Source: Macrostomum hystrix
Lineage: Eukaryota > Animalia > Platyhelminthes
Assembly: GCA_950097015.1 (NCBI GenBank)
Contig: CATNEN010000001.1
Location: forward strand, 1,116,001 to 1,180,000
Direction: 5' to 3'
Length of the DNA: 64,000 nucleotides
A program made the position numbers and the translations under genes. Positions 49,853 to 62,508 of this stretch are shown piece by piece (positions within the stretch are counted from its first letter, which is position 1; every line of letters begins with the position of its first letter). The notes beneath the pieces were generated by a model. That model was not told where the DNA came from, did not search any database, and worked only from the letters and a program-made list of their open reading frames with translations.

Positions 49853-50248
49853 CTTATTCACATAAATCCCATTCACAAGACACTTATTCACAAAATCTTA
49901 TTCACACAGAATCTCATTCACACAGAATCTTATTCACATAGAATCTTATTCACATAAAATCTTATTCACACAGAATCTCATTCACACAGAATCTTATTCA
50001 CAGAGAATCTCATTCACACAGAATCTTATTCACAGAGAATATCGTTCACACAGAATCTCATTCACACAGAATCTTATTCACAGAGAATATCGTTCACACA
50101 GAATCTCATTCACACAGAATCTCATTCACACAGAATCTTATTCACAGAGAATATCGTTCACACAGAATCTCATTCGCACAGAATCTTATTCACACAGAAT
50201 CTCATTCACACAGAATCTTATTCACAGAGAATATCGTTCACACAGAAT
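49853..50248. repeat. 16-bp minisatellite
   Basis: Unit ATTCACACAGAATCT(T/C). Confidence 0.95.
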
Positions 50249-51119
50249 GGTACTATTAAAATTTCGATTCTAAAATCCCCTTTGCTGTGAATCTGATCCG
50301 AGCATGTTTATTATCCCACCTTGAAGATTTATTAGCCGAAAAAGATACTTTCCATGGCCCTATAGCTCAGACATCTGGCACTGATGATATTCGCTGTCCT
50401 GCCCTCCCTGCAACCCCTGAACCAGGTTGAATTATTGATTCACTCTACTGGATCAGGTAGTGTACGGGACCGCTGATGACCGGCGAGGTGACTGGCCGGG
50501 TCGAATGGCAGGGAAGATGAACGAAAGATGGGATTTGGGAATAGCTGGCCTGGTTGGCTACCGGCTTTTCTCTCCCCCCTCTCTCTCTCTCATCCCCATT
50601 TCTGCAATTCTCCCCTGAGAATAGTCCGTGGTTCTCCTCTCCCAGCGATGGCCGCCTTTTCTATTAGATTTTTTTCCCGGGCTGCGCTGGTCTTGGCGGG
50701 GTCCGTTGACCCTCGGGGGACTTCGCCCGCCTCCCCTCCTCCGCCGCGGCCGCCGCCGCCAATTCCCAGTCTCCCCAAAGTCGGTTCTCATCCGCGCGTT
50801 TACAAGAATCCCCTTGGGATTACTCTGGCGGCTGAGGGGATTGGGGTTGCTGTGGTGATTCTCCAGCCAACCCGGAGCTAGGGCTCACTTCTCCCGAACA
50901 TGGAGTATAGCGGAATAGCACCCACAGGGAGAGAGAGATGGGGGAGAATGATCCCCACGGGCAGTAATCCCAAAGGGTCTCAGCAAGCGGACTGGGTCAT
51001 TACATGTATATATACACATATTCGCTTGTGTGGATTTATAGGAAGACTGAGTGAAGAATTAAATAAAGTTTGCGGCACTGCAGGCAGGGACAGTAAAAAT
51101 TTCTCTAGAAATTTCAACA

Positions 51120-54100
51120 ATGGGCCGACGAAAGCAGCTCGCGCCTCAGTGCCAGCACAGACGATTGGCCTGCATGCTGCCAATGGTGAATACGGCTGCT
51201 GCTGCTGCTGCTAGTGGTAAGTCTCTAACTTGCCGATTGTGTGCGACATTTCAAGTTTCTACATTGTGTTATTCACACCAAGACCCGACCTCAGATAACT
51301 TCTGCTCCCACCACCTCAGGATCCGCCCCTCATTCAGCTCCCACCACCTCAGGATCCGCTCCTCATTTAGCTCCCATCACCTCAGCATCCGCCCCTCATT
51401 CAGCTCCTATCACCTCCGGATCCGCCTCTTATGTAGCTCCCATCACCTCAGGTTCCGCCCCTTATGTAGCTCCCATCACCTCAGGTTCCGCCCCTCATGT
51501 AGCTCCCATCACCTCAGGATCCGCTTCTCATTCAGCTCCCATCACCTCAGCATCCGCCCGTCATTCAGCTCCTATCACCTCCGGATCCGCCCCTTATGTA
51601 GCTCCCATCAACTCAGGTTCCGCCCCTCATGTAGCTCCCATCACCTCAGGTTCCGCCCCTCATGTAGCTCCCATCACCTCAGGTTCCGCCCCTTATGTAG
51701 CTCCCATCACCTCAGGTTCCGCCCCTTATGTAGCTCCCATCTCCTCAGGTTCCGCCCCTTATGTAGCTCCCATCACCTCAGGTTCCGCCCCTTATGTAGC
51801 TCCCATCACCTCAGGTTCCGCCCCTTATGTAGCTCCCATCACCTCAGGTTCCGCCCCTTATGTAGCTCCCATCACCTCAGGTTCCGCCCCTTATGTAGCT
51901 CCCACCACCTCAGCATCCGCTCCTCATTTAGCTCCCATCACCTTAGGACCAGCCCCTTTCTGTTCAGCTCCCACCACCTCAGAATCCGCCCCTCATTTAG
52001 CTCCATCACCTCAGGATCCGCCCCTCATTTAGCACCCACCACCTCAGGATCCGCCCCTCATTCAGCTCCCACCACCTCAGGATCCGCCCCTCATTCAGCT
52101 CCCACCACCTCAGGATCCGCCCCTCATTCAGCTCCCACCACCTCAGGATCCGCCTCCCGTTGATTCTCATTCAGCTCCCACCACCTCAGGATCCGCCTCC
52201 CGTTGATTCTCATTCAGCTCCCACCACCTCAGGATCCGCCTCCCGTTGATTCTCATTCAGCTCCCACCACCTCAGGATCCGCCTCCCGTTGATTCTCATT
52301 CACCTCCCTCTACACCAAAGTCTGCCTCTTGTTCCGCCCGTCTTCATCATTGAAGTAAGGAATTTCCTGAAGCTAAATTCACAGCAGAGACGCTTTGCAA
52401 TAGAATTTGTCCCGGGATCTTGGCTCGGGGATTTGAAATGAGAAACGTATATTTGGAGAGCGCGCCATAGTGGAGGATCATCTTCAGCCTCTCTCCCCGC
52501 ATCCCATCTGACTCCCAAGGGATTTTGAGAAGCAATTTAGATTGAGCAGCGGCAGCGAGGTCTCTGGTGACCCCGACGCCGCAGTCCCGGGGAAGGCAGC
52601 CGCCGTTATGCGCTGAGCTGTGCCAGCGCCTTGGGAATCAGTCTGAGCAAGCGGCTGCTCACTTATATTGGCTACTGAAGGTTGTAGCCGCGCGCGCACG
52701 ACTAAGTGGATTTTCTGATCCCGAAGACCCCTCCTGAAATGGAATCGCTCGCTCAAACCTTGGTGTACCATTTGAAATCTATAGGAATCCGTGAAGATTA
52801 CTCATGAGTTCTCAAAATCTCAGGGATTATTTTTTTCTAGAAACTTTAACTAGTTAGGAGGTCTTGAGATTATTAGACGCGAAAATGGTAGCAAATTAGT
52901 TTTTAATTGTCCATCAAATAGGCCATACATTGTATATGCAATGACGAAAGTGAATGGCACCACAGCAGACTCCAGCCAGCAGTCAGACTATGAAAAGCCA
53001 GTCTGCAAAGAGACAGAAAAATAATCTCCTGACGCTGTAAAAGAAGTGAAGAACTGGATGAAATGATGGAGAGATGCTGGCTAGAACGGCACCGGGCAAG
53101 GGTGAGAAGGGGAGAAATCTCCCATGAGGATAGGGAAGCGCGAAATCGCAAAAATGCGAAAAAAGGGAAGGAAGGAATCGCAAAATGGGAGAAGTGAAAA
53201 AGGGGATTGCACTGGGACCAGACAAATCCCCAAAGGCGCCCGGGGTTTGCGTTGGGAGGTAGGAAAGAGGATTGCAAAGACTCGCTCCTCCTTCCTCAGT
53301 CACTCTCGCTCTCTCGCAGCCTCCAAGCCAAACTCCCAAGGCCACCGAGTGCGCACCTCCCCCTCCGCTCCCGCTTCCGAGTTCCCATGGGAAGTCGCCG
53401 CCGCGGGTGGACAAACCTTCGGCCGTCTCCACTCCCAACTGAATCCCACCAGCTTTGGCGCTTTCTCAAACCATCCCACTCCCCCTGGGAGAAGTCACGC
53501 GAGCTGACCCGCTCCGGTCAGGGGGGATTTCCAGCGCATTAATGCTCATCTCCGTCCTGCAGCCTCTTTATCCCTGTTTCTTAGAAACCAGGGCCGGCCC
53601 GAGCAATCATTTCGCTTGCTTTGGCACCCGAGAAGAGCTGGACAAGTTTTTTCTGGCTCCCCTGTTCTCGAGCCTACTTCTCAAACCTACTCTTAAATCT
53701 ACTTCTCAACCCTACTCTCATATCCCCATCTTCTCAATATTCTCAACTGATCTACACTTAAATGCCCTCAGGGGAAGACGTTGATGATGTCAGTCAGTCA
53801 TGCGCGATGGAGTCCCAGCAACAGCCAGACGCCTATGACGCAGCCTCGCGCGAGGACAACAACTCCGACGACGTCGACGACGAGTCGGCGGAAGAAGACG
53901 CCGACGAAGCCGAAGATGACGAAAACGAGGATTTTATCGGCGGCACGAACCTGCGCCTCCGCTGCTCGGTGTGCCGGAAGCTGTTCAAGCACAAGAAAAG
54001 TCTGCAACGCCACGTGCAGCTGCACTCCGGGGTGAGGAAGCACAAGTGCGGCCTCTGCAGCGCCGCCTTCGTCAGGTCGGACCACCTGCGCTCGCATGTT

Positions 54101-57100
54101 CGCACCCACCTGGCCAAACAGAGCAGACGGGAACAGACGACTGATCAGGGTGACAAATCGATCAATTCAACTGGCGAAGCCGGGGAGCTGGAAGATGAAA
54201 CTGCATCTACAACAGCGGCAACCGCTGCTGCAACCACACTCGCCGTTGACTATGAAAAGGGTGAGTTGTAAAATGCGCGTCCGTTTTGAACTACTGACAG
54301 TAGAAAGATAAGAGTTTTACGCTCTTATAACCGTGTAGAGGACTCGTTAATACGCGCTCGTATTATCGTTACTTTTTTCCAATGCCATTAGTTTTTCTTT
54401 GTCACTAACGTACTCAGACACACAAAAACGTCTTCCAGACTCGACAAGTTCAACAAACCAACAGCAGAACGGCTTCCATTTATCGACAACACCTTCAGCA
54501 TCTTCGGTTGCAGCTGCAGCATCCAAGGGCGTCGTCTATTATCAGCCAGACGATCGCAGCAACGACGACAACCAAATCAGCAACAACATACTTGGCAGTG
54601 TCGACAGCATGACAGCAGCGTCGCCTCTGTCGTTGCCCCTGGACGCATTTCTAGCTAATTTTCGATTCCAGCAAGCCTACCAGCCTAGTAGTCTCTACCC
54701 GACTTCTTTTGCTCCATCGATCTGCGGCTTCTGCGGCGGTCTGGCCACGAAACAGAGCGAAGCAATTTACCATCTGATAGTGCACTGCGCCAGACAACAG
54801 AGCCAGGTGTCCTGCGGTGTCTGCGGCTTCCAGTGCCGCGACTGTGACCAGCTGCGCTCTCACGCCAGCCAGCTGCACACAGCCCAGGTCTACCGCTGCT
54901 CAGCCATCGGCTGCGGCGTGCTGTCGGAGACGTCCGACGCGGCCGAGGCCCACTTCCTGCGGGTGCATGCTCAGGAGAGGCGCAGCTTCACCTGCGCTTT
55001 GTGCCCCGGTGAAGCCTTCGAGCGACACGCCGAGCTGTACGAGCACCTGGTGGGGGCGCACTTCACCGCCGCGCCGCCACCGCCGCCTTCTCTACCGCCT
55101 CCTCCGCCTCCACCGGCGCCCCTGCAGCAGCAGCAGCAGCAGTCGCCACGTCAGCGTCAGATGCAGAAGACGGCACAGCAGGTGAATTGCCTGGTTTGGC
55201 AGGTGGGCAAAGCACACATAGATTTAATAGTTTTGAGCATTGATTATCTTGGGGTTTTCAGCGTTTAACGTGTATGCCCCTTGGACAAAAATATGTTTTT
55301 TTGTGCAATTCGCCCTTATGAAATTTACGCCCAGGAGGGCCAGACCCAAAGAAAGTAATAGTGTACACTCTTTGAAGATGAAAAAGTCAGGGCAGGTGAG
55401 CACAACTGTGTGTATGGTGTGTGTTAGGGAGTCAGTGGCCGGAATAGGGCAGAATTCCTTCTCAAAGCCCTACAGCAGATATTTTAATAGATCGACGATT
55501 TTTCAGCCTCCAACGCAGCCGCCGCCGCCGCCGCTAATTCTGTCTCGAGTAGCCCACGAGCTGGCCCGCCTGTGTAGCTACTGCGGGCGTCAGTTCGCTG
55601 ACGAACGCGCCGTCCTGGAGCATCAGGTGCGGGAACATCAGCTCGGAGGTAGCAGCGACTCCGATCTGTCGGCAGCCACATCTGCAACTCAATCAGCGGA
55701 GACTATACAGGGCTCGATAAATTCAGCCAAGCAGCCAAAGCAGCAGCAGCAGCAACAGCAAATTCTGTGCTCACAATGCGGCTATCCAGCTAAGAACGGC
55801 GCAGAACTTGACCGACACTTGAAGTCGGCGCATCGAGTCTCCAATGGAAGGCTAAACAATAGCGAACGCCAGCAGAATTGGTGCAACATTTGCGATGAGA
55901 AGTGAGTGGGGACCAGATAAAAGACCAATGAAATTGCGTTAACTAGGCTTAACAGTAGGATGCCCAAATTTTCATTTTTTGTTTCTCCCAAAATATTCAA
56001 CCAATCGCATGAAAATCGTGAACACGAAATATTATTTTCCGCTCTATCCGATTAAACAACTTTCAGAATCACAAAACATCGGCATCGTCGAGATATTCAA
56101 TGATATTCTTGTCGGAGTGTCTGGTGGCAAGAACCACAAATATAGGCATCATTATTTTGCTCACTAAATTTCATCATGTACGAAAAAATCATGTCGGCTA
56201 TCATTTTGTAATATTTTTAACCAATATGGTTCATGGAGCCATGGAAGTTTTTAATCTCGACGATGCTGACTCGGATAGCTCTGAAAATTAGCTCACCTTT
56301 AAGGGCGGAAAACTTTTAACCATATGGTGGACTTTCACGTACATCGGTCATTGGTTTGGGAGCTATCGTGAATTAGGCAATGGGTATTTGAAATGCCCCC
56401 CGATGTCCTTCCCAAGGGGGGGACAGTGTGATCTTTTGACTGTAAAGCAGAAGCTGCGCGTCGATACATCAAGCTATCACACTGGCGTCTCATAGATTTC
56501 TTCATGTTGTCAAAAGGATAGTCAACTAAAGGCTTAAGAATGAAGCCCGAGGTTATTACTCGGACGGAACAGACTGAAATGTGCAGTAGCTGGTCGATAC
56601 CATGGGGACGACTGGGGTGAGATGCCTCGGCGTTTCTAGTCGACAAGCTACTGGTTTTAGTTGATTTTGGAAGACATTAAGAGATTCTGTACCTCCAATC
56701 CCAGTCTCTTCTCTCCGTACAATCCGGACCCAACAGATTCGCTAACCAAAAGCTTCTAGAGCAGCACAAGTTGACTCGTCACAATCGTCATCATCATGCT
56801 CATCACCGCAGCAACAAAGTCCGAGTGTCCGACTCTGAGGAAAACGGGCTGCAAAACACCACAGCAGGGGCGTCTGCAAATATCAAGCACTGTACCTCCT
56901 GCGGACGTCCCATAATCAGCAATGCGCTGTCTCTCAAAACATCAAATTCTATCATCAAATCCGAGGACGCTTCTTCGTTGCTATGCGACGCCTGTGATGT
57001 TACCAGAGCGACATTGTGCCCATTCTGTGTGCAAACCTTCGACAGTCCAACTCAGTTGAGAAGCCATTTAGCTGAACAGCACGCGGTATCCGCTCCGCCA

Positions 57101-57978
57101 CCAACGCTGGTAGTTAACGAATCGCGAGCTCCTAGCGATCAATCGATGATGTCAGCTGATTCTCTGGCCGTGGCCTACGCGCGACTAAATTCCTTGGCAT
57201 TCGAAGCAACGAAATCCGCTCTGGCCAGCTCCGGATGCACTTCAGCAGTGCCGACTACGGCTGCTCTGGCTGCCGCGAAAACACCGGCGCCTTTGCCGTC
57301 GCAGTTGCTGTCTGCTGTCACCTCGTCGTCATCAACGCCAGGTGTCTCATCTTCCTCTCGCGACCTGGCGGGCTTCTACTTCAGCAAGGTAAATGGCAAG
57401 TTCACATGTCAGGTGTGCGACAAAGGCTTCACTAAGGAGGACGACCTAACCAGTCATAGGTTGGTTCACCTGACCACGCTTGTCAGCCGCAGCGAGGCAC
57501 TTATGACGTCACCAGCACAGTCGGTTGCATCATCGTCGCAGGCTATGCCAACCGACACGGATACTTTGAAGCACTCGCCAATGACGTCATCGCTACTGAG
57601 GAAGCCGCATAAACTAAACAGGATAATATCGAAACATCGAAAGGTCAAAGAGCTTCGTAAGTTAGCATCTTCTCTAATACTAAATAAAACCGCCCAACAA
57701 CCCGAAAAAGGGGGCTCCACCCCATACGCCCACAAAAGGGGCTCCACCCCCACACCCCCATAAGGTGGATACGCCAAAGCACACACATTATAACTATTCA
57801 TTCCAAAATGAAACTATTTTTTCCAGCCGTAACTAGACGCTGCACCTACTGTCCAAAGAAGTTCTCATCGTGGAAGTCGCGACTTCTTCACCACAGGCGA
57901 CGTCATTGGAGGCGACAACAGCAAAGATCGACGAATATTCTGTTGTTATGCAAGACGAAATGCAAAGCGTCTAAATAA
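51120..57978 (+). CDS. ZNF423/ZNF521 (Oaz)-like multi-C2H2 zinc-finger transcription factor, 6 exons
   Basis: Exons 51120-51216 (MGRRKQLAPQ, NuRD-binding RRKQxxP type), 53772-54260 (CSVCRKLFKHKKSLQRHVQLHSGVRKHKCGLCSAAFVRSDHL, like the RLFKHKRSRDRH..AAFSRSDHL pair of ZNF423/521), 54439 (or 54418)-55181, 55507-55901, 56737-57656, 57827-57978. About 12 C2H2 fingers; phases are consistent. Confidence 0.85.
51300..52300. repeat. 33-bp minisatellite (zinc-finger gene intron 1)
   Basis: Unit CTCCCATCACCTCAGGTTCCGCCCCTTATGTAG; the last units are lengthened by an insertion. Confidence 0.95.
55303..55460 (+). mobile_element. SINE family A fragment in an intron
   Basis: AATTTACGCCC..GTGTACAC..GATGAAAAAGTCAGGGCAG..GAGTCAG..GGGCAGAATT is the reverse complement of the 49072 element body. 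Confidence 0.6.
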
Positions 57979-58854
57979 AACCTGATACTCGTATTGATAT
58001 TTGTCACTAGAAAAAACTTTAGACCTCATAAATAGATACACAAATACAATACGATTTATTGGTGCATTGACGTAACTTGTTAATTAAAGATGACTATTTA
58101 TTTCGAATTGAACAACAGTATATAAGTTGGTAACATAAACAAGTATGACAACGAACATCAGTACTATATAAATAAATATTTCTAAATGTATCACTCATCC
58201 ATTGCTCAGCAGAACAAAAGCTTAAAAAGCGTGCATTTTTTTCAGAGTCTATAGTGACTAGATAGTACTTGAAAGTAGTGCAATACATTTATAAAGCTAG
58301 ATGTAGCAGTGAAGCATGAGAATGAGAACAAGATCAACAAAGGTAAAGCATTATTACGTTAAAATCAATGAAACTAACAAATGAAACGGAAACAAAAGAA
58401 TGTATGTTACAATATATTAAAGCTATAGAATTTAAACGAGTACAAAATGGAAATTGCGCATCAGTAGAAGACAGGAGTTTTAAAGTACATTCAGCTGCGA
58501 TTAACAAAAACGTACTTTTTTTTAACTAAATCTCCAGATATTAGCTTTGAAAAGCGTATTGTTCCCATTTTCTTTTGAAGTCAAAGAATATTCACTAATT
58601 TTATTTTAACAAAGAAATTAACGTTTATTATTTACTTAATTTGTTCAAATAATCATTAAATACAGTATAAAATATTTTTTTCCTTCGATAAAACAATTTA
58701 ACGATCTAACGAAACATTCGCTACTTGACTAGTTGTCCCTGTCACCAGGGTCTTCGACAAAAATCTGAATTTTGATCCAAATTGGTGGGACTTCAGTTTG
58801 GGAGGCATCGTGAAGTAGGCAGTGGGTATTTGAATACCCATGTGCTCTTCTTAC

Positions 58855-59070
58855 TACTGTTAACGCGTTCGTATCTCGCACCAAGGCTCCCGAGCTCGTT
58901 TCCGCGGAGAGGCCGCATTCATTTTGGACCGCAGCCGCGGTGAGAAGGCTTCGTAGCCATTTGTAAAATTCACACCCAACAAGTGTACAATGCCTGACAA
59001 TGAGAAAGTCAGGGCCAGATGAAAACACCGGTGAGTGTGTGCTCAGGAGTCATTAGAATAGGCCCATTGT
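58855..59070 (+). mobile_element. SINE family A copy
   Basis: CCGCGG.GAGGCCGCATT..GCAGCCG..GAGAAGGCTT..GTGTACA.TGCCTGACAATGAGAAAGTCAGGGC..GTGTGCTCAGGAGTCA. Confidence 0.65.
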
Positions 59071-59152
59071 TCATGAGATTTATTACATGATACTCTGATT
59101 TTATAGCGATACAACCAATAATAATTAATTAATTGATCGTTTTCTTATTGAA

Positions 59153-59626
59153 TTAACTAGTCTTCTTTCCATAGGTGCGCTCAATCTCAGCCACTTCAAC
59201 AGCCAGCTCCTTGTCGCGCTGCCATACCTGCACCCGAATGACCAGGCGGCACAGTAGCAGCAGGCCGAATACCATACCATGTGAGGCCTCTTTCAGACCC
59301 TGGCCCAGACTCCAGACAGCGTGCAGATTGAATAGCAGCAAGCCTAGTAGGGCCATATTGCTGACATCGCGCATTGGTCCCGGACACACGGCTAACAATA
59401 ATCCGGCTACGGATTCCGCTGAGCCGTAGACTCTACGCAGTGAGTGAGCATTGGGAGCCCAGCCAGTGACGGATTGCAATGGGAAGGCGCTAGCTGATTG
59501 GATGAAAATCTTTCTCATATCTCTATAGAGCTGATCGGAGAACAATGGACAGAGTTTCAGCAAGCCAAAGAATAGAAAGAATAGGCCGACTGTGATGCTG
59601 ATTGCGTTCAGTGCCAGGTTGCTCAT
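59153..59626 (-). CDS. TMEM35: NACHO / TMEM35-family nicotinic acetylcholine receptor assembly chaperone (ER membrane protein)
   Basis: GLFFLFFGLLKL.P..Y.DMRK.F..FP..LRRVYG.AE.VAG.LL..PG..DV.N..HG.VFGLLL.CRL matches the TMEM35A/NACHO pattern; C-terminal KKTS is a KKxx ER-retrieval signal; single coding exon. Confidence 0.88.
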   Translation of the reverse strand: MSNLALNAISITVGLFFLFFGLLKLCPLFSDQLYRDMRKIFIQSASAFPLQSVTGWAPNAHSLRRVYGSAESVAGLLLAVCPGPMRDVSNMALLGLLLFNLHAVWSLGQGLKEASHGMVFGLLLLCRLVIRVQVWQRDKELAVEVAEIERTYGKKTS

Positions 59627-59734
59627 GATTGCTAGAAATGGAAAGTTTCGAATTGCAATTACTGCTACTGTTAGTAGTGCAGAACAAGCAAAACACTTGA
59701 ATGAGAAATCATATTAAAAAATAACTGACTCAAT

Positions 59735-60700
59735 CTATGAAACTGACCCGAATTAAACTATAATGCTAACCCGAATTTATCTATAAGACTAACCCGAATT
59801 TATCTACGAAAGTAACCCGAATTTATCTACGAAACTAACCCGAATTTATCTACGAAACTAACCCGAAGTTATCTACGAAACCAACCCGAAGTTATCTACG
59901 AACTAACCCGAATTCATCTACGAAACCAACCCGAATTTATCTATGAAACCAACCCGAATTTATCTACGAAACCAACCCGAATTTATCTATGAAACCAACC
60001 CGAATTTATCTACGAAACCAACCCGAATTTATCTACGAAACTAACCCGAATTTATCTACGAAGCCGACCCGAATTCATATACGAAACTAACCCGAATTCA
60101 TATACGAAACTAACCCGAATTCATATACGAAACTAACCCGAATTTATCTATGAAACTAACCCGAATTTATCAATGAAACTAACCCGAATTCATATACGAA
60201 ACTAACACGAATTTATCTACGAAACTAACACGAATTTATCTACGAAACTAACACGAATTCATATACGAAACTAACCCGAATTCATATACGAAACTAACCC
60301 GAATTCATATACGAAACTAACCCGAATTCATATACGAAACTAACCCGAATTCATATACGAAACTAACCCGAATTTATCTACGAAACTAACACGAATTTAT
60401 CTACGAAACTAACCCAAATTTATCTACGAAACTAACCCAAATTTATCTACGAAACTAACCCAAATTTATCTACGAAACTAACCCGAATTTATCAATGAAA
60501 CTAACCCGAATTTATCAATGAAACTAACCCGAATTTATCTACGAAACTAACCCGAATTTATCTACGAAACTAACCCAAATTTATCTACGAAACTAACCCG
60601 AATTTATCAATGAAACTAACCCGAATTTATCAATGAAACTAACCCGAATTTATCAATGAAACTAACCCGAATTTATCTACGAAACCAACCACGAATTTAT
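59735..60700. repeat. 23-bp minisatellite between the NACHO and NC2-alpha genes
   Basis: Unit GAAACTAACCCGAATTTATCTAC, about 41 copies. Confidence 0.95.
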
Positions 60701-61536
60701 TAGGGAAATTGACACGAAAACCTACAAAATGTAACAAAAAAAGAAAATTGGCAAATATTTAAACAATAAATTACACATCAAGCTGTGTGCATTCATTTTT
60801 ATTTATGAACAATTAAGCTAGACGGTTCCTTAGAAAAAAAACGGTGAAATTGAAAATAAGAAATTAATTATATAAATAAACAATAACAGAGGCGAAACAC
60901 TAATGTCTTGAAATTTGCGCAACAAAATATGAGACATGACAATTCTGCAATACCGAAATGAGAGCCCTTTATTACTGGAAATTGTGAAGAAACTAGATTG
61001 AGTCCACGACCATTAAGGACAGTAGAAAATATACTTAGTCACGAAACCTCACCACGAATAGACGATAAACAATAAAGCAATAAGAGCAGTTTAACTTGAG
61101 TCTAAATTACAACCAGTTACAAGCAGTTAAAACAATAAGAGCACCAAAAACTGTATTCTTCTTAAAGAACAACACAAAGCACACGTACAACCAAACGAAT
61201 GACAAGTATTAGAAGAATTGTTCATTTTAGAGTTACGAAGGAAGAAAAATACATTTAATAAGATATTCTAAATGAAAGGTCACAAGTTCGAATCCTGGTC
61301 CAGTTGAAACTCAATTTACTAGTGCTTCAGTTCACCCAGCTGAAAGGTAGACTCAATAGTTGTACTTTAAATTATATAGTCTATGGCAAATTCGTGTAAA
61401 GGGGCAGACGAGCGTTTAAGAGGCCTGTGACCGATTTAGATAACAGGCAGATAGCTGATAAAGTAAACAATGAAAAAAGGCCACAATATTATTAGAATAA
61501 TAAATACAAAACAACTCAATGCAGTCACATTCACTA

Positions 61537-62508
61537 TCAATTGTCATCATATTCATTGTCGTCCGCATCATCGTCTTCATCGGCGGCGGATAGCGATGAA
61601 GACACGGCGGCTGCTGCGGCTGCAGCCTCGGCGGCATCCTCGTCGATTTCTTCGTTGTTTTCATCGTCGTCACGATCATCGTCGACTTCATCGTCGACTT
61701 CATCAGCAGCTATTTTCGACGATTGGCTAGATTGATGACTTACAGACGAAGCTGCGGAGACGGCTGCTGCGGCTGCTGCTGCTGCTGCCGCCGATGCGGC
61801 TAACTGAGCCGCTGTAGGAGTCCGTCTGGTGTACTTTCGCTTCTGACGCGGCTCGCCAGAAGCCGAAACTGCAGCCGCAGCGGCACCAGAACGAGCGGCG
61901 GCTTGTTCTTCTAAGAGCCTCTTCGGCTTTCGACCGCGCTTTTTAGGACCAACTTGTGGGGCTGCTTCGCTAGTAGACGATGTCGAAGCTGCGGCTGCGC
62001 CAAAGCTGGCAATAGCACCTGAAGTGGAAGCGGATCCTCCCGCAGCATCAATAGAAGACGGCTCGCCGCTGCCAGCTCCACCCTGATTGAGGGCTTTGAT
62101 TTGCAATTCTTGCACATTGCGCACCAGTTTGCGAGCGAAACTGAACTTCTCGTCGCGCTCGATGACATGTTTTCTAAGAAATCGACCAAAAAATGAAAAG
62201 GGCCTAATGGAATGACTCGTCATCTAATTAAATAGTAAGTAGTCAACTAAACAAAGCTTACAGGTGCGACACCGATATGGTTTTGGTCAGGTTGTTCCTC
62301 TGAGCTAGATTAAACGACTCACTGATGAGATTGTCAACGAATAGTTCAAGTGCTCTAGCTGCAAATAAATGTTTTGTTTGTTTAATATATAAAATATGCC
62401 AATTATGTATCAGTTATAAATAATTACTAACTCACAGACAACTGGTGGAACAGTGGCTGAGACTTTTCCAACATCCTTGTCCAATTGCATAATCTTCTTG
62501 ATTCGACC
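61537..62508 (-). CDS. DRAP1: NC2-alpha / Dr1-associated corepressor (histone fold); first exon uncertain
   Basis: Exons 62508-62436 (GRIKKIMQLDKDVGKVSATVPPVVS), 62358-62262 (RALELFVDNLI..KTISVSHL), 62173-61537 (KHVIERDEKFSFARKLV.., KKRGRKPK, poly-Ala, acidic tail). GT-AG introns in phase. Confidence 0.9.

Noticed and set aside
50528-51100. Short GC-rich ORFs upstream of the zinc-finger gene (and at 52300-53780)
   Set aside because: They overlap on both strands with no recognisable domains, consistent with GC-rich promoter or intron sequence.
51217-52163. 347-aa and 263-aa repeat ORFs (mucin-like APITSGS)
   Set aside because: An intronic 33-bp minisatellite; only 51120-51216 is supported as exon.
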